A stretch of 63,895 nucleotides of DNA, filler included, from Folioceros fuciformis (GCA_049999805.1; 20 parts of 20 records of this genome joined end to end with filler, not necessarily neighbours in it); one strand, 5' to 3'; positions 13,097 through 26,220 are shown, counted from the whole stretch's first letter. Notes: generated from the letters alone by a model not told the origin. Numbers and translations are program-made.

Positions 13097-13907
13097 TGTG
13101 GGGTTAAAATATGGTACCCGGGGGTACTGCGAGGTCCACACAAGCCCTCTATGTCGTTGTAGCTCTGGGATTCGATCCCAAGGGAATGATTTGTGTTAAA
13201 CTACACAGGTTAGCTTCTAAAGTCAGCCAACACCTAAAACTCGACTGACCCGCACACACGCGTCCAGTGCTTGGACCTTACCAAGCCCCCTTACTTCTTC
13301 TTCCAGGCGACTCCCCTACCACTCGGTCGCTCCAGGGACTACCTCCCCATGGACTACTCTTGGTTGCCCACTGGGCTACCCTCCATTCCCCAGTGGACTC
13401 ACCGTTGTCCTTCGGGCTACCACTCGTGGGTCCCTCTCTCTCTCTAGAATTTTCTCTCTCTCCGAGTCGTCCCTTTCCGACCGTTTTTTTCCGCGCATTC
13501 CCTTTGCGCTTCCCTTCCTTGGTTCTCCACAAAGCCGCCCCTCACACCTCAGGATCAAACGCACGCACACATGAACAGCAACAATCTGCCGATCGCCTTC
13601 CACCCGAGGGATCTCACACCTTAGATACACCCTCTGCGGTCTCAATTCAACTTCTTCACGACCTCTCCAGGCTCACCGCGATCAGTCACCTGCCACACCT
13701 CATTATACCCCAAACACATTACTCACCTCGCCCCAGGATCTCACCCGCTTTGCTCTCTCTTACTCCACTCATCAGTCCTCTGTATACATTCCCCCCCCCA
13801 TCTCAGCAGTCCTCGATTTACTTACACTCCGCTTCACTTCCGGCTTCCACTCCTTCTGGCGTCCTTTCACATTCGCCCTTACTCATTACTCGGTCACTCG
13901 CTTCTCC
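13097..13907. mobile_element. Partial LTR (family C) starting TGTGGGG
   Basis: The first ~90 bp match the reverse complement of 46661-46748, and the match ends at a TG/CA terminus in both copies. Confidence 0.65.
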
Positions 13908-15443
13908 NNNNNNNNNNNNNNNNNNNNNNNNNNNNNNNNNNNNNNNNNNNNTTAATTAATTAANNNNNNNNNNNNNNNNNNNNNNNNNNNNNNNNNNNNN
14001 NNNNNNNGTCCCTAGAAATGGAATTCGGTCCCCAAGCGCGTGGGAAAAGCTCAGGACACAGCGGCAGCAGCACGAAACCGGCCTCCGACTGGTTGCAGAG
14101 AAAGCCCTACGGCGTCCAGATGCCCTCCCATATCTTTTACAGCTATGATGGGCCTTCGGCCCGGTGAAAGCCCTATGAGCAGCGTCTTCGTGCATTCCAA
14201 TCTTGATAAAGTTGGCGTCTTAATCAGCCCTCTGCCTCTGAGCATGGGTCGTTCGGCTGTTGCCAGCCGTTTGCAGCCGCGACGTTTTCAATGGATTGAA
14301 GGAGCTTAGCTCTCTGCGATTCTTGCCAGCGCGCCGGTTCATGATGCTTCTGTAAAGACGGTACAGGGAGAAAAGATGAAGTAGTGCAGCGGTGCGAGAA
14401 GGCCCCTCCCGGATTCCGTCTTCATGCCAGTGCCTTGGAGCGGGATGCGTTGCATCTACCTACGCTGATTGTGAGCGTACTATCTCACACGACGAGGATG
14501 GAGATTTCCTCTGCGTATGCTGCGTATGTCTGTCGGGGATGCAGAGCTGAGTGCCGCCTTCGCACACCGGGGCTGAGAAAGATGTGTAACAAATGTGTGC
14601 CTTGAATGCACCAAATCCGGCCCCCGAACTCGTACTAATCTCGCTCGACTCCGCCGAGCAAAGCTCTTAAAGAAACTAGGCCGGTGAAAGGGTTTGCGTC
14701 GTCATCCTTGCGTGGATGCATTGAACCCAAGCTCGCAGGCACTGCATGACACCGTCCTGTCAAATAAGCACAGGAGGAGAAAGTTCACACCGCTCCGCGT
14801 GCGAGAGCTAGGCCTGTGTGGCTGCCATGCTTCGGGGCTGCGTACGGGCCGGTGTGCCCTTGGGCACACCGTTCCGTCTTGCTCACAGTCACAGTCTGCC
14901 TGAATGATGCGGATGCTCCCACCGGCTCACCTCACAGCGCAAAGAAGCAGCGGCAGGAAAGGATCGCAGCAGCGACGATGTGATCAATCAGCAGCCCCTC
15001 GACTTCGGCCCCGTTACGTGTCACGCAATTCCGTCAGAGTGTTACTGTTCCGTCGGACGTGCCATGTGTTGGTTGGCTCGACAGCAACAGCGGAGCGGCA
15101 AGCGCAAGCGTTCAAGTTTAGGCCGGGTATACACTATGACCGGGCTGTCAGTGCCACGAAGCACCGCTCACTGGCCGGTTATGACCGTGACACATGGTGA
15201 CAAGGATTTTATAGAGATGTGGTTGTACACTTGACCGGGCGAACTCTGTTTTCTGACATCCCGTTCCTGGTATCACGGTTCATGGTGAGGTATTTATATC
15301 TCGACTTGCAGCCCCTCTTTATGGTAAATTTGTTTTAGTTTCATAACTACGAGTTGTGAACCAGCTTGCCACTCAACCGTGCTCGTCCCCACTACCTTCA
15401 CAATCATTCTCGCTGGTAGACCAATTTAGGGTTGAGGCCACAA

Positions 15444-15670
15444 CGTCGAGAAAGCTCCTACATGGAAGGGGAGGAGCGTGAGATGGCTCTCCAAATTCCT
15501 GCAGCGATGGACGTAGATAGCTGTAAGGACATGGAATTGGCAACGCTGCAGAATGGGCGTCGAGAAGTCTCCTACATAGAAGGGGTGGACAGTGAGATGG
15601 CTCTCCAAATTCCTTGAGTGATGGACTTGATAGCCATGAGGACACGGAATTGGCAGCGCTGCAGAATGGC
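15444..15670 (+). repeat. Tandem duplication, 2 x ~114 bp, in the transposase N-terminus
   Basis: CGTCGAGAA...GAGATGGCTCTCCAAATTCCT...GCTGCAGAATGG starts at 15444 and 15558. Confidence 0.9.
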
Positions 15671-16948
15671 TGTAGAGAGAAGATTTTATTAGCTCTGGGT
15701 GTAATGTGTGCTCTCGAGATTTGTTCATCTTCCCTACGGACATTCATATCTACTGCAGCAGTGGCTTTGCATCAGGAATTGCTGGAGTCTAGTGGAAGAC
15801 TAAGAAAACAACGGTCAACATGGTGTGTGAAACGAAACCATGGTTCTTGGGTCTTACACAGATGAAATGTTCAGGCAGCATTGTCGAGTGAGCAAAGCCA
15901 CTTTCTAGTATTTGTGTGTTGAAATTGGCCCTTTGCTGCACAAAAAAGACACCACATTCCAGAAAGCCATTCCTTTGGATGCAAGAATTGCTATGGCACT
16001 GAGGAAGCTAGCAACTGGAGACACTCTCAAGACACTTGCCGACTGTTATGGATATAGCACATATACAGTTGCTAAGGCTACTTTGCAGTTTTGTAGAGCT
16101 CCTGTTTGTAAGTTGCATGATACATATATCATGTGGCCTACAAAGAGCAAAATGGTTGAATATGCATTTGAGTTTCGTGAACTACAAGGGATTCCGTATG
16201 TGATTGGAGCTATAGACGAGAGTCATATTCCCATCATTGGACCTTGCAAAAACAAGGGTGACTACTATAACAGGAAAGGCTTCTATTCTCAACTTCTTTA
16301 ATTAACAGTGACTGCAAATTGCTTAGTGTGGCATTATGACTTCAGATGGGCAAGTAGTTTGAATGATTGGAATCTATTCACTAGATTTGAAGTTGGACAA
16401 AAGTGTGCTACAGGCAAGCTAGGACCTTACTGTCTCGAAGGAGATGCAGGCTATTGGCCCAGGCTCTATATAATGACGCCTTATAGAGGATCAAAGGATG
16501 TCTAATGCTAGTGCAGGAGCATTGGAACTTTGTTCAAAGTTCCACTAGGATGGCTATGAAAAGAGCATTTGGAATTTTAAAAGCCAGGTGGAGATGCTTG
16601 CTAAAAAGATTGGACATGGAGCTGCATAATATCCCTGTTGTTGTTCAGGCCTGCTTGATTCTACACAACATGTGCATTATCCATAAGGATGCTTTTCATC
16701 AAGATTGGTTGGAAGAGGCAACATACTCATGTGTTCATGATGTCAATGGTGGCAATGAAGAATGGACAACAGTAGCTCGAGAAACTCTGTACGAACTAAA
16801 TGGAGTGCGACCTAGCATGGGAAATGGACATAAGGTTGTAGATGCTGATGGAAGGGAACAACCAGTCGCATTGTATTTGCCGGGATATCAAGCTAGACTG
16901 AAGCGAATCCGTAACCTAGCCAGGGCCCTTTACGAAACCAGAAGCTAG
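15462..16948 (+). pseudogene. Harbinger DDE transposase (HARBI1/ALP1-like), disrupted
   Basis: FRQHCRVSKATF*, ALRKLATGD, GAIDESHIPI, YYNRKGFYS, GDAGY, MKRAFGILKARW, ACLILHNMCI. Stops and frameshifts present; the third catalytic Glu appears as Lys. The start is inferred. Confidence 0.92.
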
Positions 16949-17054
16949 AAAAATGTTAAGTTAGTTTTTTGGGAGGATATAGAGCTAGTCTCATGATGAG
17001 GAGGGAACTCTTTGAAGTGAATTTCAGCTCACATGTAGATTTCAGCTCACTCTT

Positions 17055-17890
17055 ACAATACATGATTTACATACCCACGCGTAGGCCTTTACATGCTCTA
17101 TGCGATGATGGACTTGGATCTTACAAAGCATGACTCCAGTAGTTTCTATGAACATTCAAAGATGCAGCCACACTTTGCCCATCAAAAATAAAAGTCAAGA
17201 TTTGATGGCAACATAGTTGACGTATGGACTCTTAGAAATCACGCTTTATATACCCACGTGTAGGGCTTTGCAAGCTCTACACGATGATGGTCTTAGTTTT
17301 TTTCAAACATGCCTTTAGCTGTTTCTACGAATGTTGAAAGTTGCAGCATGACTTTGTGTAATGAAAATAAAAGACAAACTTCACTGACAAATCAGTTCCC
17401 ATCTAGACTTGAAGAAATCATAATTTATATACCCACGTGTAGGTCTTTGCAAGCTGAACACTATGGTGGTCTTGGTTTTTGTAGGAAATACATGTAGAAG
17501 TTGCTACGAACGTTGAAAGTTGCAGCACGACTTTGTGTATTGAAAAAAAAAGGCAAACTTTGATGACAAATCAGCTCCCATCTAGACCTTAAGAAATCAT
17601 AATTTATATACCTACGTGTAGGCCTTTGCAAGCTGAACACTATGGTGGTCTTAGTTTTTATGAAACATGCGTTTAGCAGTTGCTATGAGCACTCAAAGTT
17701 GTAGTGAGCTTTTGTTTATAAAAAATGAAATCAAACTTTGAGTGCAAATCAAGTGAAGTTTGGACCCTAAGAAATCTTGATTTATACACGCACAGATAGA
17801 GCTTTACAATCTCTACACGATGGTGGTCTTAGTTCTCATAGAACATGCCTCTAGCAGCCGCTACTAACCCTGAAAGTTGCTGCCAAACTC
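17055..17890. repeat. Degenerate 179-bp tandem array (~4.6 units) inside the Harbinger
   Basis: Anchor ATACCCACGTGTAGG or a variant at 17071, 17250, 17429, 17608 and 17786 (spacing 179, 179, 179, 178). Confidence 0.92.
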
Positions 17891-17906
17891 TAAATTCAAA
17901 TATGAA

Positions 17907-18907
17907 CTAAGACTGTTTCTTGAAACTTGTGGCCAGAGAGGCAACTAAAGTTTCCAGTAGTGTTACTTTCTTCTCTTCAAGGGTTTCTAGTTTCTTGGAC
18001 ATGGAGCTCAATAAGCTAATAACATCACTTGAACTTTCTTGAGAGGTCTTTCTTTTTTTAGCGATGTCGTTATTGTTAGCTCCACTTAGTGTAGAATTGT
18101 CCACACTTGACCTCTTGTGTGAAGAAGCATGCGCCTCACACACAACGTGAGCACGATTATGCATATAAAGATCAACAATGTCAAACCACGCACACTTTTC
18201 AGACCTGTCGTTGCCGGATATGGCATTGTGAGCCTTGTCCACCTTGTAGTCCTTACAGATCAATTTCCATTTCTGCCTACAGGCCTCTGAATTCTTATCA
18301 AAATCATGGCAAATTGCAGCTACTGCTGCAACCCCCTTGCTCCAAATGTCAAATCTTGGAAAGGTAGAAAAATTGTTAGACAAGAACTGGAATTTGCTGC
18401 TACCAACTCTTGAATTGTAGCAAAAGGACAACCTTGTTTTCGAGTTTTTTCAAATTCAGCCTCCATCCCACCTCTTACATGAATAAGGTTTATCACATGA
18501 TGCTCTTTCTATGCATCTCCTTGCTTGCCACCAGCCGAAAATTCCTCTATCTTCATGAATTGCTCTTTCTTCACAGCACGCCATCATCGTTTGGTGGGCA
18601 CTGGAGAGATTTGCACATAGTCGTCATCTTGGGGGAGATGAGTTGTAGGTTGAGGTTTTGGATGTACCTCCAAGGAAGGGCCTGCTGCCAAACCTCGAAT
18701 ACAACCTGGTGGCAAGGTGTTGCCAATGGTAGACGCTCCAAAGATGGGCGTTGTGAAAGGTGACAAAGAGAAACTGGTCGTAGGTGAAAAGCTACTAACT
18801 TGTGAGCCTTGTGACAGGCCACTCACTTGCCACTCATCTGGACTGTTGAAACCACCACTTACTTAGGACAACATTGTTTCACAAGGCTTACGAATAAAGG
18901 GATCCAT
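17907..18907 (-). pseudogene. Harbinger Myb/SANT-like (trihelix) DNA-binding gene, disrupted, probably one intron
   Basis: INLIHVRGGMEAEFEKTRKQG, probable intron at about 18362-18432, then FDIWSKGVAAVAAICHDFDKNSEACRQKWKLICKDYK...CAWFDIVDLYM and a C-terminal coiled coil. Confidence 0.85.
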
Positions 18908-19790
18908 GTCTTTCTCAGTTAAGCAAAACCAAGTGCACAACAAAGCTTTGTGGAAGACGGGCGAGAAACTTGCTGAACCAAAATGAAGTGTCTGAAGCTG
19001 GTTTGAGGAAGAAGTATGTTTCCCAAGCTACTGAAGTAATAAAATGAATTGCATATAAACGGGTATTGAAACGGACTGTGCCTAGTAAATCATTGACCAT
19101 AATAACATTGTTAAATATGCCACGGGTCGGCATACGATTGTGTCTGAGTTTTTTTATGTTGGGTGTGTCAGGGTGTGTCAGTAGCTACCAACCGAAGGGG
19201 CCGGTAGCTACTAACACTACCGACAAGTGAGAGAAGCTGTCATGTCAACATGGCATGACCGCGCAGTGTACGAGCGCTTTACATGCACCAGCCAATCCCA
19301 CCTCCCCATTTCCTGACAGGGTGGTCATGACCATCCTAGTGTAAACCCGGCCTAAATGGAAAGGATCTAACACAGACGTCAGGCTGCCCTCCCTAGCTAG
19401 GCCTAAATATCGGTTCGCCAAGGTACGACCTGGCGAACCGACATGCCATGCCATGAGCATGGCCTTCCTCTCCCTTGCCCCTCTCTCTCGTATCCGTGCC
19501 AACTGGCGACCGAGCCACCGGGGGTGAGGGGAACTAATTCAAGTTCCCGTCGTCCTGAATACCGCGGCGATACTCTGGCACGATACAAAGTCGAACTCGT
19601 CGAGATGCACGACATTCTAGAATGCGCAGCTAGGATGCATTGAGGCAAGCGTGGAGGAGGATCACCAAGACGAGCGGAGAGGACGATCACCAAGACTGAG
19701 TTTTTGATTAATTGCAGCATTGGTCAAAGCATCTGAAGGGAGACATTACTGGCACCTACATCACACCTACACCTACGCTAGTTTTCTTTT

Positions 19791-20012
19791 TGACAGGAGT
19801 CTACATGTGTACTGTGAGCATGGAAGAGGTACAAAACAGGTGAGACAGCAAGTAGCCAGAACTTGAATAATAATATATGTTCCAAAAATGTACAATATAA
19901 GTTAGTTGGGGTTGGTGCCCCTTCACTCTACCAGTCTAAACCTAACGAAACACTGTGTACTTATATATAGATAATAAATAAGGGATTATTTATCCTAACA
20001 CACCCCCTTAAG
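19791..20012 (-). mobile_element. Copia-type PPT plus ~210-bp 3' LTR
   Basis: Minus strand TAAGGGGGTG immediately followed by TGTTAGGA...TCCTGTCA (19791-20000), with imperfect terminal inverted repeats. Confidence 0.65.
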
Positions 20013-20475
20013 GACACGGCTGTTTCGCAAGGCCATTGGGAGCAACACACAAGTAATTGTGTGTACCACAACACTCACAGTTCACAGTTGAAAGCCTGAG
20101 CATGGGACTGCGAGCTGAGGCAAGAGAATTAGGAGACGTGTTGCAGTCACAAGGCGAGTGATGGAGCACCAAAGGACAGAGTGGCAGAGGTGAAACACGT
20201 CCAACTGCCACCATAAAAAATCAGAGCAACAGGCGCAACAATCAGATAGCGCGCTGAAGCTTCATCCACGGCAACTTGTTGTTAGAGCTAAAGAGAACAT
20301 CTCCAGACACGAACAACCCTAATGTGAAAGGGAAGGGGAAGAAGACACACTGAGGTGATCTACCAACCCCATCTGTTCTAGATGAAAGGTATGCTTACGA
20401 CCAGGTAGTGTCTTTGTGAGTAAGTCTGCGAGTACATCAGTTGCCTAGAATTGACGAGATTCTGGATTAAATTTT

Positions 20476-21156
20476 ATTACCAAAATCGACTTTAGGTCAG
20501 GGTTTTACCAGATTAGGATCCGTGAAGGCGATGAGTACAAGACAACCTTCCAGACCAGGCATGAGCACTTCAAATGGATTGTCATGCCGTTCGGTCTTAA
20601 CAACGCCCAAGCTACTTTCCAATGTCTCATGCAAGAAATCCTGCGGACCTTGCTGGGACACGGTGTGTAGGTTTTCCTGGTAGATATTATTGTCTACACA
20701 AGCAATCCACAGGCCCACTATGAGTTGTTTAGACAAGTGATGGAGTTGCTCCGTAAGCACAAACTCCTGGCAAAAAAGAGCAAGTGCGTATTCATGCAGT
20801 AGAAATGCAAGTACCTGGGGTACATCATTAGTGCTGACGGGATCTCAGTGGACACCCGCAAGATCAAGGCGATCTTGGAGTGGCAGCTACCCCATGACGT
20901 GACTCAATTGAGAGGCTTCCTTGGCATGGCAGGCTTCTACTGAAGGTTCATCAAAGACTTCAGTAAAATAGCTATGCCCCTTACTAAAGCCCTCAAGTCA
21001 TAAGCCAACAAGGAAATTATGCTGGGAAAGGAAGGCAAAGATGCCTTCTCTCTCCTGAAACGGGCCCTCAGCACCGCTCCTATCCTGGCCGTGGCAAACC
21101 CCGCACAGCCCTACATAGTCCACATGGACGCCTCGGACTAGGCAATCGGGGCAGCT
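20476..21156 (+). pseudogene. Ty3/Gypsy RT-RNase H fragment (chromovirus/Tf2-like), decayed
   Basis: Hand translation: KIDFRSGFYQIRI...VMPFGLNNA...VFLVDII...SKCVF...LRGFLGMAGFY*RFIKDFS...APILA...DASD*AIGA. Confidence 0.9.
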
Positions 21157-21498
21157 ACCTTCAAAAACATAGAGGTCAAGCACAAGTTATTGAGTATTGG
21201 GCTCTCTAAGCTTAAAGCCCTTCCTTGCCATGGATCTAGCCCTCATCTTCATCTCGCTACATTGTGGTAGCATCTTATTCCTCTGATGGAAAAATCTTGT
21301 TGGCCCCTCTTACATCGCAAACATCTTCTTCGTTCACTCCCGCCATCACAATACCTCTTTCCTACACTATGAATAAAGGTCTCCTAAGAAATGGAGACTA
21401 CTCTTCATAGATAGATAGATAGAAGAGTCAAAAGCAAGGGTGTGTTTTCAAAAAGCGCTCATGTGGCCTTACTGTTAGGGTGTCAAGTACATCATGTC

Positions 21499-21677
21499 CT
21501 AGGTCATGATCACATTTTATTGTAAACTAGCCCGAACTCTAGGTCATGATCACATTTTATTGTAAACTAGCCCGAACACTAGGTCATGATCACATTTTAT
21601 TGTAAACTAGCCCGAACACTGGATTTTGAAACTATCTTGTTGTTGAAACTATCTTGTTGTTGAAACTATCTTGTTGT
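21499..21677. repeat. Adjacent tandem repeats: 3 x 40 bp, then 3 x 17 bp
   Basis: CTAGGTCATGATCACATTTTATTGTAAACTAGCCCGAAC(T/A) at 21499, 21539 and 21579. TTGAAACTATCTTGTTG x3 from 21626. Confidence 0.95.
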
Positions 21678-22351
21678 ATCCACTACGAATAATGTACGCA
21701 CATTTTGGAAAAGCACATTCCAATGGTTTTGACACGACATACATCCCATAGGACATACATCCGGTGCATGTGTGATTGGGTTCCATTTTCCATCACAAGT
21801 AGAACTCCATCTAGTCATATTAAAGCCATGCAAAGAGCTATAATTAAATCTATGCTTAGAGCCATGTTAATAGTTTTGACTACATCCCTTCTTGGTAAAA
21901 TTTTGCAGTATCAAACAAGGTTTGGCTACAACATCGAACAAGGACTACTCTTGTGATTGGCTACCAAATATGTATAATGTATAGTTTAAAAATTTGGAAT
22001 ATGTTTAGTGGAAGGCCATAACTTTCTAGTTGTTCAACTAGATTGGCTCCATGCTCTTTTAATTGACTCTACTAGCAAAAGAATCGGCCACAACGATTGT
22101 AAGTATTTGCGAGTATTTGCGTGAAGCTAGCTTGTTTAGTCCTTAAACAATATTAAAATGTGATGGAGCACAAATAATGAGAAAGCCAAACGTGGGCTAG
22201 CTCAAACCTCTCTAAGCTCATTCACAAGAGTTGAAAGACTCAGCATTCGATTGGTGGCCATTTAGCCATGGCTAAAATGGAAGGATTGAGTGTGAAATAA
22301 ATTTTAGAGCAATCATAGTGTAGAAGACTTCATTTGCATGTTTTCCATCCT

Positions 22352-25300
22352 TGAGAGCCCCTTGGTAAGAACATCTGCAGGGTTCTGACTAGTGTGAACT
22401 TTGACAAGCTGTACCCTCTTGTCTTCCAACACCTCTCGAATGAAGTGATACTTCACTTCCACATGTTTGGTCTTCGCATGAAACACTGGATTCTTCGCCA
22501 ACTTGATAGCACTCTGGCTATCACAATGCAAGACTGGCAGCTCAACCTTGATCCCCAAATCTCCCACTAAATGAGCAAGCCACAAAGCTTCCTTGCAAGC
22601 CTCAATCGCTGCAACATACTCGGCCTATGTGGTAGATAGCGTTATGTACGATTGCAAACGAGATCGCCATAAGACTGCCCCTCCAGTGCAAATGAAGACA
22701 TAACCTGATGTGGACCTCCTTTTGTCCATATCCCCTGCATAATCAGCATCTGTATATCCCACTACAGATGCATCTTCACTACCAAAACATAAGCACAAAG
22801 CTTTTGTACCATTCAAGTACCTCATAACTCCTTTCACTGCCTCCCAATGCTTCTTGCCAGGGTTTGACATAAACCTGCTAACCACTCCCTCTGCAAAGAC
22901 AATGTCAAGACGTGTAGTAATCATTGCATACATCAAACTCCCTACAACTGATGAATATGGAACCTTCTGCCTTTCAGCTTTGTCCTCCGCAGAACTTGGG
23001 CAATCCTTGCTCGACAGTTTCACATATGGAGGCAACGGAGTACTCAATACCTGACCCTTCTCCATATTGAAACGTTGAAGCACCTTGTTAATGTACTCAG
23101 TCTGAGACAAGTAAAGTAAACGCTTTTGTCTGTCTTGACGAATACGCATGCCAAGAATATGGCTTGCCTCTCCCAAGTCTATCGTGTCAAAGCGAGCATT
23201 CAACTTTGACTTCAACGCTGAAATCTCATCACTGTTTGTCCCAGCAATCAGCATATCATCCACATAGAGGACCAGAATGAGCAAGCTTCCATCCTTAGCT
23301 TGCTTCATATAGAGGCAATGATCCTCATCGCTCCACTTGTAGCCTTGAGAAAGCATAAATGAGTGGAACTTGAAATACCACTCCTTGGGTGCCTGCTTCT
23401 AACCATAAAGGCTCTTCTTTAACCTGCACACCAGACTCTCTTTGCCCTTCTCAATGAAACCCTTTGGTTGCAGCATGTATACCTCTTTCTAGAGATCACC
23501 ATGCAAAAATGCCGACTTCACATCCATCTGGATAAGTTCCATGTCGTGCCTCGCAACCAGACCAAGAACACGTCGCAAGGTGGTCATTTTGACAACTAGT
23601 GAGAAAATCTCATCAAAGTCAATACCTTGTTGTTGCTTAAAACCCTTCGCAACCAATCGTGGCTTGTACTGGGGTTTGCCATAATGGGGTATGTCCTTCA
23701 TCTTATACACCCATTGCATGGCAACGCCTTCTTGCCCCTAGACAACCGAAACCAACTCCCAAGTTTGGTTGTTATGGAGCGATTCCATCTGTGACTACAT
23801 CGCCTTCTCCCACTTGTCCTTGTCAGTCACTGACATGGTCTCTTGATAACAAGAGGGCTCCCCACAATCCGTCAGCATGACATAATCAAGAGATGCAACA
23901 TACCTGTCAGGAGGACGTGAGATCCTTTCTGACCTACGAAGCACTTGCGCCTCGACCGGAGCTAGTTACACTCTCTCCTCTTCTACAATTGGAGGAACTT
24001 GTTCTTGCATATCACGACGTTCAACCTGCGCAGGACGGTCAAATCCATCTTCTTAGAAGACCACCAGTCGTACCTCCACAGTTGGAGTAGGCTTCCTGTG
24101 CATCTTGGTCTCATTAAAGAATACGTCATTGCTGCGAACCGTCCTCTTGGCCTTTGGATCCCATAGATGGTATCCCATCTCACTAGATTCACCAAAGCCA
24201 AGAAAAATACATTTTCTTGACTTAGAGGCCAACTTGTCCCGAAACCCCTTCGGAACATGGTAGTATGCCTCGCAGCCAAACACTCGTAGATGCTTGTATG
24301 ACGGCTTCTTTCTAGACCACATCTCCTTTGGAACCTACTCATCCATAGCCCTATTAGGAGATCTATTAATAAGATGCACCGCAGCAACCACCGCTTCTCC
24401 TCAAAATCCGTTAGGGATCCAGAGTTTGACAACAAACTACGCACCCTCTCCTGGATGGTCCTGTTCATCCGTTCAGCCACACCATTCTAGGGAGGAGGAT
24501 ACGGTGCAGTCAATTCTCTCTTGATTCCCTTGGAATCACAGAATGACTCGAAAGCTTTCGAGACATACTCTCCCCCATTGTCTGTCCTTAGACACTTCAG
24601 CCGAAGGCCAGATTGATTCTCCACAAGGGTGACGAATTTTTGAAACGATGTCAGAACATCATCCTTTTTCCTCAAAGGATAAACCCATACCTTGCGTGAG
24701 AAGTCATCAATGAAAGTGACAAAATAAGATGCACCGCTTAACGATACAGTGGGCATAGGTCCACAAACGTCACTGTGAACCAACTCTAGAGGTTTACTTT
24801 TGTGTTTACCTTTTGCTCTATGTGGTGACTTCGTCTGTTTCCCATACAGACTGTGCTCACACATGGAGAAATCAGACAAGTCAAAAGCAGGGACGTAAAC
24901 AAAACGAGATAGGATCTTCATTCCTTTTTGAGACATATGTCCTAACCAACAATGCCTCAAGGAAACACTTGGCTGTTCCGTTACACAAATCACATGATCC
25001 TGGACAGTGGTTACATGAAGTGAGTAAAAAGTGCCACACTTCGATCCACGAGCTAACACAAGAGAACCTTTGGAGATCTTCCAAGATCGATCTCCAAATC
25101 AACAGTGATAGCCAGCATCATCCAACTGCCCTGCGCTAATCATGCTTTTGGTCAACTTCAGAACATGCCTAACATCCTTTAGTACGAATGAAGATCCATA
25201 GTCGAACTTGAGCTGCACATCACCAACGCCTCCAATCTCGCATGCGTAGTTATTTCCAGGCCGAACACATCCTTTCTTAGTAGCATCATAAGTGCTAAAC

Positions 25301-26220
25301 CACTCCCTATGTGGAGTAACATGGAAAGATGCTCCAGAGTCAATTATCCAATTAGAGAATAAGTGACTCTCCATGCCTGTCAGTTGTTCAGAATCGAAGG
25401 AAGAAGAGATAAGAACATCTCCATCGTGAACAGAGTTCACCTCATCATGCTTGTTACTCGGACTTGCCTTGTTGTCGCTCTGCTTCTTCTCCTTTCCTTT
25501 GTCTTTCTTGAACTTCTTGTAGTCCTTCCTAATGTGACCCTTCTTGTGACAGTGGTAACACTCAACATTGTTACGACTACGAGACTTACTACGGGAACAA
25601 CTTCGCTCCTTGTACTTACCCTTTGAAGTGGACCTTCCTCTCACCATGAGGGCATTGGAACCTTTCGAAGGTTCCATATTCTTCCTGTTCACCTCCTCTG
25701 TTAACAGGCTTCCTTCTACATTTACAATGGTAAGACCACTGGCAAGAGCAGAATTACTCAGAGATGTACAAAAGGTGTCCCAGCTCTCTGGTAATGTGAC
25801 CAAGAGAAACATAGCTGTCACGGAATCTGGAAACAAGATACCTTGAGATGAGAGCTGGCTGAAAATGGTATTGAACTCATTCAAATGATCAGACATCCTC
25901 ATCCCTTCCTTCATCTTCAAGTCCACCAGCTATTTCAACCAATACACCTAAGAAGGCGCACTTTGCTTCTCGTACAGGTCACACAAATTCTGCCATAGCT
26001 CAAAACTTGTGGTCTTGTCTTTCACGTTGAAGTAGACCAACTTCGACAATGTTTTCAAAATCGATGCAAATCAAGCAAAGAGCTAGTTAAAATCTGTCGG
26101 AATGTAATGTAGATGTTGATAGTTACCCTCACAACTCGGTCCAAACAATTGTCCACAATTTAGACCGACACAGCGGGCCTAAGTTCGTCGAAATCTGGCC
26201 TGGATCTCGGCTGGTGCGCC
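22352..26220 (-). mobile_element. Ty1/Copia internal region (gag-PR-IN-RT-RH), LTRs absent, decayed
   Basis: CCHC knuckle, WIIDSGAS, LVHSDVCGP, RTDNGGEY, RLVAKGF, LYVDDML, TDADYAGD, CDSQSAI...HAKTKHVEVKYHFIRE...NPADVLTK. Many stops and frameshifts. Same family as 8521-10352. Confidence 0.97.

Larger units (their letters stand above)
15121..19352. mobile_element. Full-length decayed PIF/Harbinger DNA transposon (4232 bp)
   Basis: 16-bp TIRs GGCCGGGTATACACTA (15121-15136) and TAGTGTAAACCCGGCC (19337-19352), one mismatch. Flanks are TTA and TAA. Contains convergent DDE transposase and Myb/SANT genes. Confidence 0.92.

Noticed and set aside
13160-13185. GGGATTCGATCCC as a tRNA T-arm or SINE B-box
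   Set aside because: No A-box or cloverleaf found; it lies in an LTR-like terminus.
14008-15120. GC-rich region with short ORFs left of the Harbinger
   Set aside because: No recognisable protein or RNA motif; left unannotated.
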